From Catajapyx aquilonaris (lineage: Eukaryota), in NCBI GenBank assembly GCA_000934665.2, contig KZ538643.1, positions 1-57,018 on the forward strand: a DNA stretch of 57,018 nucleotides, read 5' to 3'. A program made the translations under genes and the position numbers. Under the pieces are notes generated by a model. That model made no database searches. It saw only the letters and a program-made list of their open reading frames with translations, and had not been told where the DNA came from. This document shows, in pieces, positions 26,401-39,800 of the stretch; position 1 is the first letter of the stretch; every line of letters begins with the position of its first letter.

Positions 26401-29400
26401 GCAGACTCCATAAATTAGCGCACAACTGTTTTCCTATAGCAGGTCTCAGTTTCTCCAAATGAGATGCATCCAGAGGACGGAAGACCCATCCCAACCACAC
26501 CAGGAGGACCCATGTCGAGAGGGATGCCCCTCACCTCCGTTTCCCCGCCTTACCAAAAATTCTAGTTGCTGGTTGAGTCCAATTTCTGATCATTTTTATT
26601 TGAGAGGATAAATGAAATGAGATTTATCGAGAGCCTTGTCAGGTGTAAGGTATATGCAGCGTATAGCCTCACATTTCGTGTTTTCTCGACTGAATATACG
26701 ACGTATACCCGCGTACCCCCCTCGCGTCAGCACTGCTTGTGACCCTCTCCTTGGCATCACAGTAAATCACTTCTAGATTACACCAGCCTAAATATGACAG
26801 TGACACAGAATCAATGTATGATATGGTACAATGCAGTATAATGTACTATTTTTAAACAAAACTTGAGCTCTGGAATGGCCTGCAAATAATCATAGAAGAA
26901 TGAATAACCAACCGAACTGTTTCACGATTTCTAAGTAGAAGTCATTGCTATTATCTGAATTTAAATTTAAATTAGTTCTCAGTTTCCCGTAACAACTCTT
27001 GCCTAAAATCGGTGTGAATTTTACAACACATGACAAGGGATTCAGGATAAAGACTTTCAAATTCATCTCACTCAGACCTGCTATGGAGCGTAGCTGCTCA
27101 GCTGATAGCTGCCCAAATTGCTCCTGCAGTTGCTGTGCTGCTGAGTCTTGAAGCTGCACTACCTCTTGCAGCTGTGCTGGGTCCAGTGCTTGTAGGTGGG
27201 CTGGATCCATCCCCTGTAGAATAACTGACTCAGGAACTGCAACAGGTGGGAAGACATCATCTGTTGAGAAGTATTCCCCATCTGGATATAGGTTGTAAGT
27301 AGAAGTTGTTGATCCTGGATAAGCTTGGCCTCCTAATGCAGCTCTCAATGTATCCATCTGCAATTCGCTAGCATCACCAACTCCCCCAAAGGCATCGCCT
27401 GGATCTGATGTTGTACGCAAGACCCTTTTTGCAGCTTTTCGCTTGAGCAGGTCATTAAGGGTCGATTCTGGCTCCTGGCTGGGAGGCTGAGGTGGTGCCA
27501 AGAAATGGTCAGAATCTGAATGCCTTCGGATCTTCTCAGGAGGGGGTGGAGGGAGTGCAAAAGCATCTTTATGCACACCACTGGCAGCTGATAGGCCAGC
27601 AGTGGTAGTAGTTTGGGTGGCAGGAGAGCTTCCAGCAATCATGTCATTGAGGATGTCACTTGCTTCTGAGTTAGCCACAGTTGCCAGGTTGGAATACACC
27701 ACTGAAGTGGTTGTGGTGGAGCTTGAGACTTGGGTCTGCGTGGGTGTGCTTGGCACTGATTGCTGCCGACTTGTGTCAGTACCTGCAAATACAATTATAT
27801 TATTGCAGTGTACTATACAACAGCAAAACTCTCAATCCAAACCATTTAAAAAGGAAACTTCCAATTACGCCAGAGTGCACATTGTTCTGTACATGTTATA
27901 CATAAGCATCTTCTAATGTCAAGGCTTATTATTATAAACACAACTCTTCAAATATCCCCATTTGCAGCTCTTGGGCAGGTGGAAACAGAATACCCAGTTT
28001 ATTGGACAAACGTTGGTAATGCCAGTGGCCTATGCTTCGCTTCTTCAATTTTTTCTTCCACAAAAGGAGGACAGCTTCCACAATATTGGTCCAAATACTC
28101 AGTGCAGCAATCCAGGCTATAGAGGATATGTTTCAATAATGTGGAATGTCATGTTCAAGTGTGTCTGGATGTCAGTGGAGGACAATTTCAACATTTATAG
28201 AGAATGGTGCTTCATTCACATGAACTAAGGTAAGTTGTAAACCACATGTCATGTTTCCAGGTAGAGTGGGAAGAAAAAAACAGGGTTGTGAACCAAACCG
28301 AACCCTTGCTCCGTGAACCCGATAACATCGCAGACACTCCGGAGCAGTAGAGCCAGGTCCAGAGCGAGCGTCGGACCTGGCTCTACTGCTCCGGAGTGGC
28401 TGGAAAAAAATAATGGGTTCTTTGGGGGTACTACCTAGTGAAACACCTTCTACAACAACATGAATGTCAGCTACTCTGTTCGCCCGATTATCCGTGCACC
28501 GCAAAAAATAAAAATTTTAATCAATGTCCGTAAAATGGGTAGAATTTTCGTCCCACTGCTATACAGGGTGAAGGGAAACGCGTGCCCAATAGCCAGGTAG
28601 ACTGATAGTACTCGCAAAACTAATATAGGGATGGGGAATTAGTTTTGGGCGCCGTAGCATAGTTAATGCGTACTGCGCCTTTAAAGTTTCGTGATGTCAC
28701 ATCCGCTCCGCCAGTTTCAAAGAAGCAAAAGCCAGCTTGAGGGCCTCTGAAAAATCCGGCCGTGGTCCATGTGCAATAGGCGATCAAATCCCATCAGAGT
28801 AAGAATCCAGGTGTGACATCGGTGCACTTTGTCGGTTTTACCTTGTATTTTACCACCTGGCCCACTACATTTTAAAGGCGCCGTACGCATTAACTACCCA
28901 CCAGCACCCAAAACTAATTGCACATCTCTATATTAGTTTTGTGAGTATTATAAGTTTACCTGGCGATTGTCCGTGAGTTTCCCTTCATCCTGTATAGATA
29001 CTGCTAACTTAGCAGTACCAGTGAAAATTAAGTTAGCAGTAACTAGCAGTGGGACGAAAATTTGGCCCACTGTCAATATGTCTCGCCAACGAAGAAATAT
29101 TACACTTTTTCTAAAAGACAAAGTAAAAATCTATGGTACGTTTTATTATTTTGATTCAATCAAGCAGCATACACTCTGTACAGTAGTACATTAAAAACCT
29201 GTGAATAGCTCATTTTTACGGTTTCCATGACCATTTTCCCAATTATCCGTGTTTTTCGATTATCTGAGAACACCCATAGCAGCCGTTAGCCCCGATAATC
29301 GGGAGTACTGTGTATTTAACACTTTTTGCAGCAACAACCAAATCAAAACACTGTTTTCTGGCACAAAATGTAAGTAAAACCTAGGAACACTGCTTCAGAG

Positions 29401-32400
29401 AAGAGGTAAATGATGTGCATTGGTTCAAAAGCTACTTATCCACAATGTTTTCATTTTTACGAGGCAGTTAACTTCCTATGACTTTGTTTTAGGCCTTGCA
29501 GTGCTCCAAGTGCAATAAATAGAATTTCTTGGCTTAAGGAAACATACTATGAGGAAGTTCTTTAAATATCATAATATACTGGCTACAACTCACAAAACAG
29601 TTTTGGACAAATGCTGCTCTGCACTGATCTGGTGCATTATTAGTTTTTGTTTTTTTATCCAGAAAAGCAATATGAAAACTTGAAATAATTGTATTCTGGC
29701 TTTCCAGTCAGAAAAGCATCGTTCTGATCAGCATATAAATATGAAATTCACATGTTTCCTGCTAAAGTGTCACAGAGAATATTACTTTTTTTCCTCACCT
29801 GGTCCCTTTTCCTCTCACTTTTGAGACAAATTCCTGGCAGTGTCATGATTTTCACTTATTTCTGCTCCCTCCATTACTTCCAACGCCCAAGGTGCATGTA
29901 AACCAAACAAGACTGTGTTGTGTAGGCATTGTTTTCATTAAACATTACACGTCAGACTGGGTTCCTCCTATTGTCAAAAAAATGCCACATGGAGAGGAAT
30001 GGAATTGATGTAGCAGCAAACGTTCCAAGCCTCACATAAAATAAGTTTAAATATTGCCGTTTGGTCAGGGCCGGACTATGGCCTAGGCAATCTAGGCAGC
30101 TGCCTAGCGCCTAGATTGCCCCTGGCACCGAAGGTGCTTTTTAAAATTATTTTAAAAAACGCCTTTGGCATTGTCACACGAATTACTTACTTATTTTTAC
30201 CCTGTGCCAGAGAACAATGCCCTATTTGGGGGGTGGCACACCCCCATCAGTTTTCAATTTATTTACCGTATTTACGCGCATATAAGACGCACACGCGTAT
30301 AAGACGCACCCCGGTTTTGAGGCGAAAAATACTGGAAAATCCGTTGTTGACTCATATAAGACGCACCCAGATTTATTGCCGTAGTTTGGGAACTGACCTC
30401 GAGCTGCCGGCAGCAACCTCGTGTGCAATGCATGTGCGTGTGGAATCCATTAGAATCCAGTAAGGGGGGGGGGCAAGTGGAAAATGAGACTATGCTACGC
30501 ATCTGAAACGTATAGGTGGCAAGGTCACACCGGAATTGTGCACGTGTGTGGACGGGGAGAGCATAACAATGGAAGTGAAGGAGAAACGCAGGTCGTACCG
30601 TGCCAATTTCAACAGGAAAGTGATCAACTGTGCTGACAGGACATCAAACCGACAAGCTTAAATTTTTCAATAAACGATTTTCACGATTTCTCACGGGTTT
30701 CACCCTTTGTGCCCTGCCATATAAGACGCACACACGTATAAGACGCACCCTACTTTTTGAGCTACAAAAATCGGAAAAAAGGTGCGTCTTATATGCGAGT
30801 AAATACGGTACTTCACTCTCCAGTGAAAGGAATCAAGGACGTAGGGTAGGGATAGGGATTTATGGGGATGGGACACGGGTGCAAGTTCAATGTCAGTAAA
30901 TGGGCCATGTGCAGGTTATGTTGCCAGACACCTTCAAGGTGTGGGTCTGAGATCCTCCTGACGCAGGCGAAAGGGAACTCCCAGGCGGGGTCGAACCTGG
31001 AACCTTTCACTCAGCAAGCCGAGACATTACCATCTCGGCCACCGCACCTCCCTGTTGTCACACTAATTATATTATTAGTGTGACAACAATCTCAACAAAA
31101 TTCAAAAATAATTAGCTGTTACCTTTTGTCATCATTTCCTGAAGTTTAAAAGTTGCAGAAAAGAAAGTTGGTCACGATGCAATGCAAATCGTAATCTTGT
31201 AATTAAATGTCAGTTAATTTTATAATGTGTAAAAAGGTACTTTTCGATTTACTTGAAGGTCAAAGTATGTTCAATAAAAATTACCGTTTTTAAATATTAC
31301 AAAAAAGCCCCAACTGGACCTGACTCTGTTATCTGCCTAGGGGCCCCGGGGGGCCCTAAGTATGACGCTGCATTTGATGCAAATTTAACCTCTGGATGTG
31401 TGAAGAAAGTGGCTAAGAATATGCTGCCTCCTTTAGTTGCAACACAATTTTCGAACCAACACTCCACAATATAGTGTAACTTATAAGCTGCAGTCTACCT
31501 CAGCTTATCTTGAATATGCTACAGTATATTTAAGATAATTATGCTAATGTAGATTGCAGCATTCCCTTGAAAATAATTTGTGCATGTTGTTCCCAATGTT
31601 AGATGAGATTTCATTTGGTGGAAATACTGCACATTATCCTCAATAAAGCTAGCAGCCTAATTAATATGCATGGACTCCATGTAAGCACATTCAGTCTGTG
31701 TGACTCTTAGCAAGCCTCAGTTATAAATCATGATATTTACACCAATGCCGTCCTACACTGACTCTAGAAACACTCTGTGTTGGTAACTCGCACAGGGTGC
31801 TAAGCAAAATAAGTGCTACTTGAATTATTATAAATGATCGTTCATGAATTTTTGAACCTTCACTACCCATACCCTCAATTATCACATAATAATGCTTCCA
31901 AGACATCCATTGTCCCTCACATACTAGTACACAATGTGTTTCACAATTTTGATCACATCCTTAATGATGGAAACCTTGAGGACGTTTGCCCCTGTTGATT
32001 CACCTTCAAGTTTAGCATATAATAATCATTCACACCATTGGAAAGCCCATTCATGTACCTTCCAATGATCCACGTAACTGCTACAGTTTAAGGTGAAGCG
32101 AGAGGAGCAAATGGAAATTATACCCCATGAGATTTTTATCAATATGAACACTAGCTAAATTCTGAACACCTGGTATCCATGATTCTTAAACTAAAAACCA
32201 AGCCTTTCCCACCTGTGAAAGAAGTGGTCTGCACCAGCTGTGGGTTGGTGATTCTCTTTTGAATGATCTTCTCCTCAATAAGTGCACGGACGCTTACACT
32301 GGCAGTCTGCAGTGGTGGGCCTGAGGTGTCCTTTTTGTCTGATTTCTTGGCCTCTGAATCTTTCTTGAAGTAGCCTCCATGTAGCCTCATGTGCCCATTG

Positions 32401-32553
32401 AGAGCAGGTATGTTCTTAAACTTCCGGTGGCACAAATTACATTCCACTGGCTTAGCCTCTTGCTTATTGACTGCATTGGACTTGCTATTGGAAAATGAGG
32501 AGTGCTGGATGCCACTCCAATTCCTTGACTTGCTCTGCTGCTTGGTCTGGCTG

Positions 32554-32631
<78 letters not shown>

Positions 32632-33859
32632 TGGGTCTGCTCCATAATCTGCTGGATAAGCTCCAGCTGTTGTTTGGTCAGTCCGTCACTGCTTAAAGAG
32701 CTTGGCGACGGCTGGAAGCAGGTCACAAAAGTCACTGTCACAGTTCAAACAGAGCTCAAAGAAGTGTACATCGCCACCAAAACCTGCACTTCTTGGTGGT
32801 GACAAAATGGCAGCAAAAATGCTGGGTGCAAACCAAATGGAAATAAATTTAAGCAAATAGGCTGCCTCTGTTCTGAAAGGAGAGGTTTTGGATGCGGTGA
32901 AAAATGGGAGAGAAATGTAGGTGTATGTAGAGATATTCCCCACTGTCCTTTTACTTAACCCTCCCTGCCTTTCAACAGCATATTTTCAAATGCCTCAATA
33001 TATCTTACATGTGACATGTTATGATCCCAGATGTAGTTATTCACTTAGTGTGAACTTGAAGTACCTGAATTTAAGTAAATGGACAGGTTCTCTTGGTTTG
33101 GTGTCCTGCAAAAAGCAATCTACTTGTGACAAACGCCCAGAGAAGAAAACAATATTACACGCCACACAGTGGCTACAAACCAACATCATCCTCCCCTCCC
33201 ACACACACATACACACACACATATATACACCCAAGTACACCAGCACACCCAGTGTGCAGGAGATATTTCAGGTGTATGAACAGGATGGTGCAAGTGTGCA
33301 CTACATTTTCTTTTCTCTGGGTGCATGTGTTTGCCTACTAAACCAAACATTATATAGAACATAAAGAGCAACAGCAGCAAACAAAAAGAGAAGAGAGAAG
33401 AAGTAGGAAAGAAGATTGAACCTCGTATAAAATTTTTACCTGTGACTCGACAATAGGTGGCTGTTCCTCAGTGCCTGCATTGGCAGAGTCAGACGTGGTA
33501 GTAGTGGTGGTTGTGGTGGTGGTGGTGAGGAATCCAGGGGAGCTGCTGTCACCCCCACCCTGCCAGGCCATGTCTGTGGGGCCGGTAGTAGCAGCAGTGG
33601 TTGATGATGACGATGATGATGTTGATGTTGACGATGATGATGAAGATGAAGGTGGCGGCGGCGGCGGCGGTGGTGGAGGAGGTGGTGGTGGTGGGTGTGC
33701 GGAAAATGTGAGCAGGTGGTGCAGCTGACTAGTGGTATGGGGGTGAGGTGGGGTGGGTGATGACACAGGAGGGGTAGTGGACGCAGGTGTCCCAACTGAT
33801 GATGATGAGGATGAAGAGGAATTTGCAGGAGGGGATACTGATGGTTGGGGTTGCTGTGG

Positions 33860-33890
<31 letters not shown>

Positions 33891-36800
33891 GGCTGTTGTT
33901 GTGCGAGTTGAGGGGGCCGTGGAGGAGGTGGAGGAGGGGGTGGTGGAGGTGGCGGTGGGGCGTACTGAATGCAACCGATCTGCTGCTCGCTGAAATTTTC
34001 CTGCTTGCCCAGGAAGCTTGCGTTGGACCCCGCCTGTGATAAATGACACTTGGGGTCACCACCAAGACAGTTCTGTGTCTAGAAAGAGTGCATGGAGATT
34101 TTTGGAAATGAAGATATCTGCATTTCATTCTACTTCAATATTATGATGAAAATTTCATTCAATTACAAAGAAAGAAAGTAGACTCAAACAACCTAACCAT
34201 CTTGATACTAACAATCAAAGTAACTCTTCTTACCCTCCTGAATTTTGAAAATTTTTGGATTTTCTAATTCTGCTTGGCCTATAGTTTTGAGAAAACATCA
34301 CCTCCGCTGCTAAATTCCACGTTAGCAGGGTGATAATACAGCCTAAAGGCGATGTTCCGTATGCCACAGCACCAGCGTTCGGTCGCGAGTCGCTCGTCCC
34401 AGCTGCCCGGTCGCAGTCACCTTTCACCGCGTCTGTAGCTCTCTCCTGTGCCACGAAGGAGAAGGGTCATCTCGCACGCTTTGAAGTCGAAAGCGGTTAT
34501 AATAATGGAGAGCCTTGGAGTCCTGGCTCTCCATTATTATAATTGCCTTCAACTTCAAAGCTTGCAAGATGACCCTTCTCCTTCACGGTAGGCACCAGAG
34601 AGCGCTACAGACGCGGTGAAAGGCGACCGCGACCGGGTAGCCGGGACCGGCGACTAGCGACCGGATGCAGGTGTTGTGGCTTCGTGTTCATTGTGCTAAC
34701 ATGGAAATTAGCAGCGGAGGTGATGTTTTCTCAATACTATAGGTCAAGCAGAATTAGAAAATCCAAAAATTTCAAAATTCAGGAGAGTAAGAAGAGTTAC
34801 TTCAGTTGTAAGAGTTATTTTCATCATTCAATTTCCTACACCCCATTCTGCCTTCTTGGGTTCTTCGAGATTCAAGTTTATGAGGTAATTCATTCAAAAA
34901 GACCCTTGAAAGGACACATTACTAATGCGCCAATGCAATCAGCATGTATAACTTAATTGCAATAACATTCACCTGGCTATCTCACCATGACAAGCAAACT
35001 CCAGTTTTAAAAGTATCCAAGGCAATTTAAATAAACCACAAACTTTTAAAAACAAGCCCCTCCAGGTACTCTTTTAGACATTAAAACCTGGCCTTGGGAA
35101 AAGCTGGAATGTGGGCAGAGCAGGCACATGTAAGACTTACAGTCGGAACCACTGTGACTGCTGTGACAGTGCTGGTGGTAGCAGAAGCTGACGAAGATGC
35201 TGCGTGATGATTTTCAGTATGGCGTCTGAGAGAACGTGCATCACAGTAGGACTTGCCGCATCCCTCTGCTTTGCACTCAAATGGCTTCTTGTTGCGATGA
35301 GTTAGCATGTGGCCATTTCTGAAATGAGTTCATGATTGCTTCCCTTTAGTTGACTTGCAGACACATCCAGTTGGGAACATGGCTAAAAGTATGCTGGTGT
35401 GACAATGTACAGCAACTAGACAATGAGCAGCAACGAGCTGGATTGTGGAAGCAATAAATGGTACAGTACCGTACTCATCACATTTTATGAATGTAAATTA
35501 GATGTCAAACCAGATTTATCTATGGGTTGAAGGAAAGAAACTGTTCAAATTGCACACATGTATTAGTCCTTCTCTCTATATTTAGGGGAGATGGAGTGGC
35601 ACTGTGGTAACGTACGCGCCCACGGATGTGAAGGTCCCGGGTTCGAACCCAACCCGGGGATACCCCCTTCATCTCGTGCAGAGTTCTCGGGTCGTCTCTG
35701 GCTTCGTTTTGGGTGGTATTTCCAACAGACTAAGCCACCCAGGGGAGCTCACAAAATGACCTTACTAGTCGATGCACTGCACCTTCGACACAAATNNNNN
35801 NNNNGGGGTGTCGCAGGTTACTTGGCTATTAGAAAAGAGGGTTGTGACTCGAGAAAGGTTGGGAACCACTGGTCTACTGGCTGGGTCTCCCAAGCCAGAC
35901 AGGTCTTTGGGGTCATAGGAGAAACACCAGCACCCCCCAGCTTAGACAACAGAGGTTGAAAACATTTTTCAAGCACAGTATCGACTTCTGCAATGATAGT
36001 GTCTGACAGGTCATGCATGGGTGGGAAAAATGTGGGGCTCTGCAGGGTTCATATAGACAGAGAGAAGGATTAATACACACTTGCAATATTAATAGTTTCT
36101 CTTTCCTTCAAGGCGATGGTACAAACTTTATGAATACCCCTCGTTCTATACAACAACAATAGCTGAAATCTAGCCAAAGACACCTGATGTATAAAAAAAA
36201 CCATGCTGGTGTAACAAACCTGTCAGTGTGGAAATATCAATCAGGTTGCCGCAATCATAATTTACAAAGTACCATTCTCTTTCAAAGCATGCATTACCTA
36301 ACTTTATCATGTGTACTTCTTCACTATATATTTTTTTTAAACGTTACCCCGTGATAGAGCCATAGGCCCTTATAGGGGGGTGGAATACCACCATTTTTCC
36401 TTCAATTTTCTGATTTATTCTTCTAACTCCGGTGCAAGGATGAAAGGACATGAGGTAAGGATAAAGGGATTTTTGGGGAGGGAACATTGGTGCAAGTGCA
36501 ATGTCGGTAAAGGGGTCATGTGCTGTTCCCCAGGAGGTTAGGTTGCCAGACACCTCCTTGGTGCAGGTCAGAGACCCTCCTGACGCAGGTGAAAGGAAAG
36601 TTCCCCAGGCGGGGATCGATCCTGGGGTCTTTCACTCAGCAAGCCGAGACGTTACCATCTCGGCCATCTACACCTCCCCTGTACTTCTTCACGTTAATCA
36701 TTAATATGCATATTCTAGCATGCCAGTAAAAACAGAGGTGACCATATTTTAGAAAATGCACATCTGCACGACGGTATAAGGGGGGTATTCTGGTACAGAC

Positions 36801-39800
36801 AGGAGTTTTGAGTAGACTACATTTTACCTGCAAGAATATTTCAAGTTAAACCTATAATTTCTTCGAGAAATTGAAATAATTTGGGATTTAGAGCCCCACC
36901 CCCCCACCTCCTGATCAGTGCTATTAGTGAGGGCTCTCTGCTTTCACTTCACAACATTTGACATAATGCATACCTTCCTCTCACTTTCTGAATATGATTC
37001 CAAGGGGGTAGTCTCTTCGGAGAGCCGGTGTACACCCTCACTGGTGAGCCGCGGAGAGCCGGGGCAAAACGCGCCTTTGTTCCTCATCATTCCTCATCAT
37101 ATGACGTAGTTTGCCTTCGGCGGCCTCCTTGGCCCACCCCGGCTCTCTGTGGCTCACCAACTTGCTCATCAGTGAGCATACACTGGCTCACTCATAGTCT
37201 CACTGGCTCACCGATGTCGCAGAGAGCCGGGGAGAGCCGGAGAGAACCGCGGAGAGCTGCCGAGAGCCTCAATTCATGAGAGCCGGTGTACACTTTTTTT
37301 TAGGAGTGACTACCTACTTGTATGATTCAATTTGTATTAAGGCGGCGCAGTACCAAAAAATACAGTAACAATGAAGCCCTTGGCGACGACCTAAACAAAC
37401 TCGCTTATGCATGGGCAGCATATGGGGATTCGACCTGTCTACATTTCTGGGGACGTACGGCCGCAAAAATGGTTCAATTTACATAGAAATTTCATTAAAA
37501 AATAGTAGATGATCTGGAGCATGTGCACTAGTTCGTCGTTCTCCAATTTACCGGCCTAAAAATGACAGTTAGGAAGAGTTGAAGTGAGTGGAAAACGATG
37601 CTTTCGAAAAGTCCATTTGACTAACATGGCGGCAGAAATCGCGGGAAGATAGGACACATTTCTGTAGACGTATGTTTTAATGCAATCATGTCGAGTATGG
37701 TAGCATTGTAAAGGCCAAACCTTTGCGCAGGTGCCCTAGTTCGTGTTTTTCCAGATTAACGCTGCGTTTCGCCACAAAAAAATTAAGTTCCCTCAAAAAT
37801 GCGCTACCGTATTTTTACTACTGCGCCGCCTTAATAAATCAAGTTCACAGTTATACTTTACTTTTAACCTGTCAATCATTTTGCACCTTCATACAAGTGG
37901 TTAAAATTATAATATCTAATATAATTGTTAAGGAACGAATGAAATCATGAAATATGCCCCACTTTATACAGCAGCACTCCTGAGATATACAGCTCCTGGT
38001 CAACCTCATTTCATATTGGCATGCTGCAATATGCAGCGTAATACAGTATTTCCAATCTTTCTTGCCTATGATGGCACTAAATGATAAAATGAAGCCAACC
38101 AATCATACCACATTAATAATGCCTCACAGAGAAAGAGTAATGCATAAATTAGAGGCCATGTCAACTAGATCACAGTGTTGAAAATTCACAAGAGATTAAT
38201 ACACCTTACGAGTAGATTATCACATTGTATGTGTGGATGGGTATTTCTTGACTGCCACTATGTACTTGCTGCATTTCTTAGCTAATCCCTTGTGAATTTC
38301 CAACAGCATGACCTAGTTGACAACATGTCTAATTTATGTATTACCCTCTTCCTGTGAGACATTATTATTGTGGCATGATTGGTTGGCTTCACTCTATCAT
38401 ATAGTGTCATCATGGATAAGAGATTGGTAATATGTAATGTCACTCAAGAAGCACATAATAAGGTTAGATAATATATGTATGGAAATGACACTTCGTAAAT
38501 TACAATTTCTGCAACCTGACTGACTTTATTCCTCTTCCAGGCTGATATTTTTTGTTAGAACCATGTGCTTTTTGTTTACAGTTGTGGTGTTTTTGTTGTG
38601 ATATCGAATTAACCTGCATATGGCAGCATGCTGGTTAAAACTAGGGCTATACTGGCATGCCTGTATAAGGTACCGTATGCTGGTATGGAGTGCAGTTTCG
38701 TCTACATTCTACCATTGAAAAATGTCAAGTGAAACCTATAATTTCTTCCAAAAAGGGGGGCAATAGAATCCTACCCATCTTCATCCATCAGCCAGTTGCA
38801 ATTTACACAGGCTCTATGCTCCGTAAATCGCATCACAACCTCTAACACAACACGACCTTCCCACCCACTTTCTGAGCAAGGTTTAATATTTTTATTAATA
38901 AGCAGGTGTTCACATTTGCACTTTGCTTCTAATCTATGATTCATTTGGCACCTCCAGCACAAGACTAGGAATTCAGTGCTGGTAACAATGAAAATATGGA
39001 TAGAGTCGGCCTTACTGGCATGCGAGAAGCGGGAGGGTAGTAGTCAGTGGGGGCAGCTGGCTGTGTTGCAAAGGCAAGGAAAGGATAGGTGTGTATCGGC
39101 TGAAGATAGGTCTGTATCCACAAGGAAGGAAGGTTAGGCTTGGTTAGGTTAGGTTGGTACAGCATACCCCTTCCAAAATCCAACAAATGAATACTTGCAT
39201 TCTTGCCTTTGCGACACAGCCAAGCTGGCCCCCACCGCACTACTCACCTTGCCGCCTCCCGCACGCCAGTAAGGCATACTCCTCCCGAAAATATCCTATA
39301 ATTTTCAAGGAAGGATAAAATTACCCCACTTTACAAAGGTCAGTTAGTCCCACGTGTGTATACTGGCCCCCTGGTCAACCTCAGTTTACACCATCAGGCA
39401 ACTCTTTACCAGTAATATGGCATTAACATCAATAATACTGGCACTGTTCAAAAGCAATGAATAATTGTTCCTGCATCAGTAAGATTACATTTGAATATCT
39501 GAGTCTGATGATTACTTACAGATGGTCTTGCCTCTTGAATGCTTTTCCACACATTGTGCACACAAATTTCCTTTCATCACTGTGGGTAAGGCGGTGTTTC
39601 GCCAAAGCAGAGGCATTGCCAAATACCTTACTGCAGATCTGAAAATTGAAGTGTACAAAACAAATTAGTCAGCCTCCTTTGCCAAGTTTCAAGGCTGCAA
39701 TGAAGTGCAAGTTCCAAGAAGGAAGCAAAAAGTTATGAGGAAGAAGGGGAAAAAATGGGACGTGTGAAAGCATGCAAAGAAAGAATGAATCAAAATAATT

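Larger units (their letters stand above)
30066..31370. mobile_element. hAT-like element hosting nested insertions
   Basis: cagggccggact...cctagg left end, cctagggg...gacgctg right end, degenerate 8-bp TSD cgtttggt / catttgat. Confidence 0.6.

Noticed and set aside
32389..32802. Plus-strand polyCys ORF
   Set aside because: Antisense shadow of the polyQ exon 7
33436..34128. 230-aa His/Asn-rich ORF and neighbouring alternative-frame ORFs
   Set aside because: Alternative frames of trinucleotide repeats; only the P/Q/S/T frame fits the splice phases
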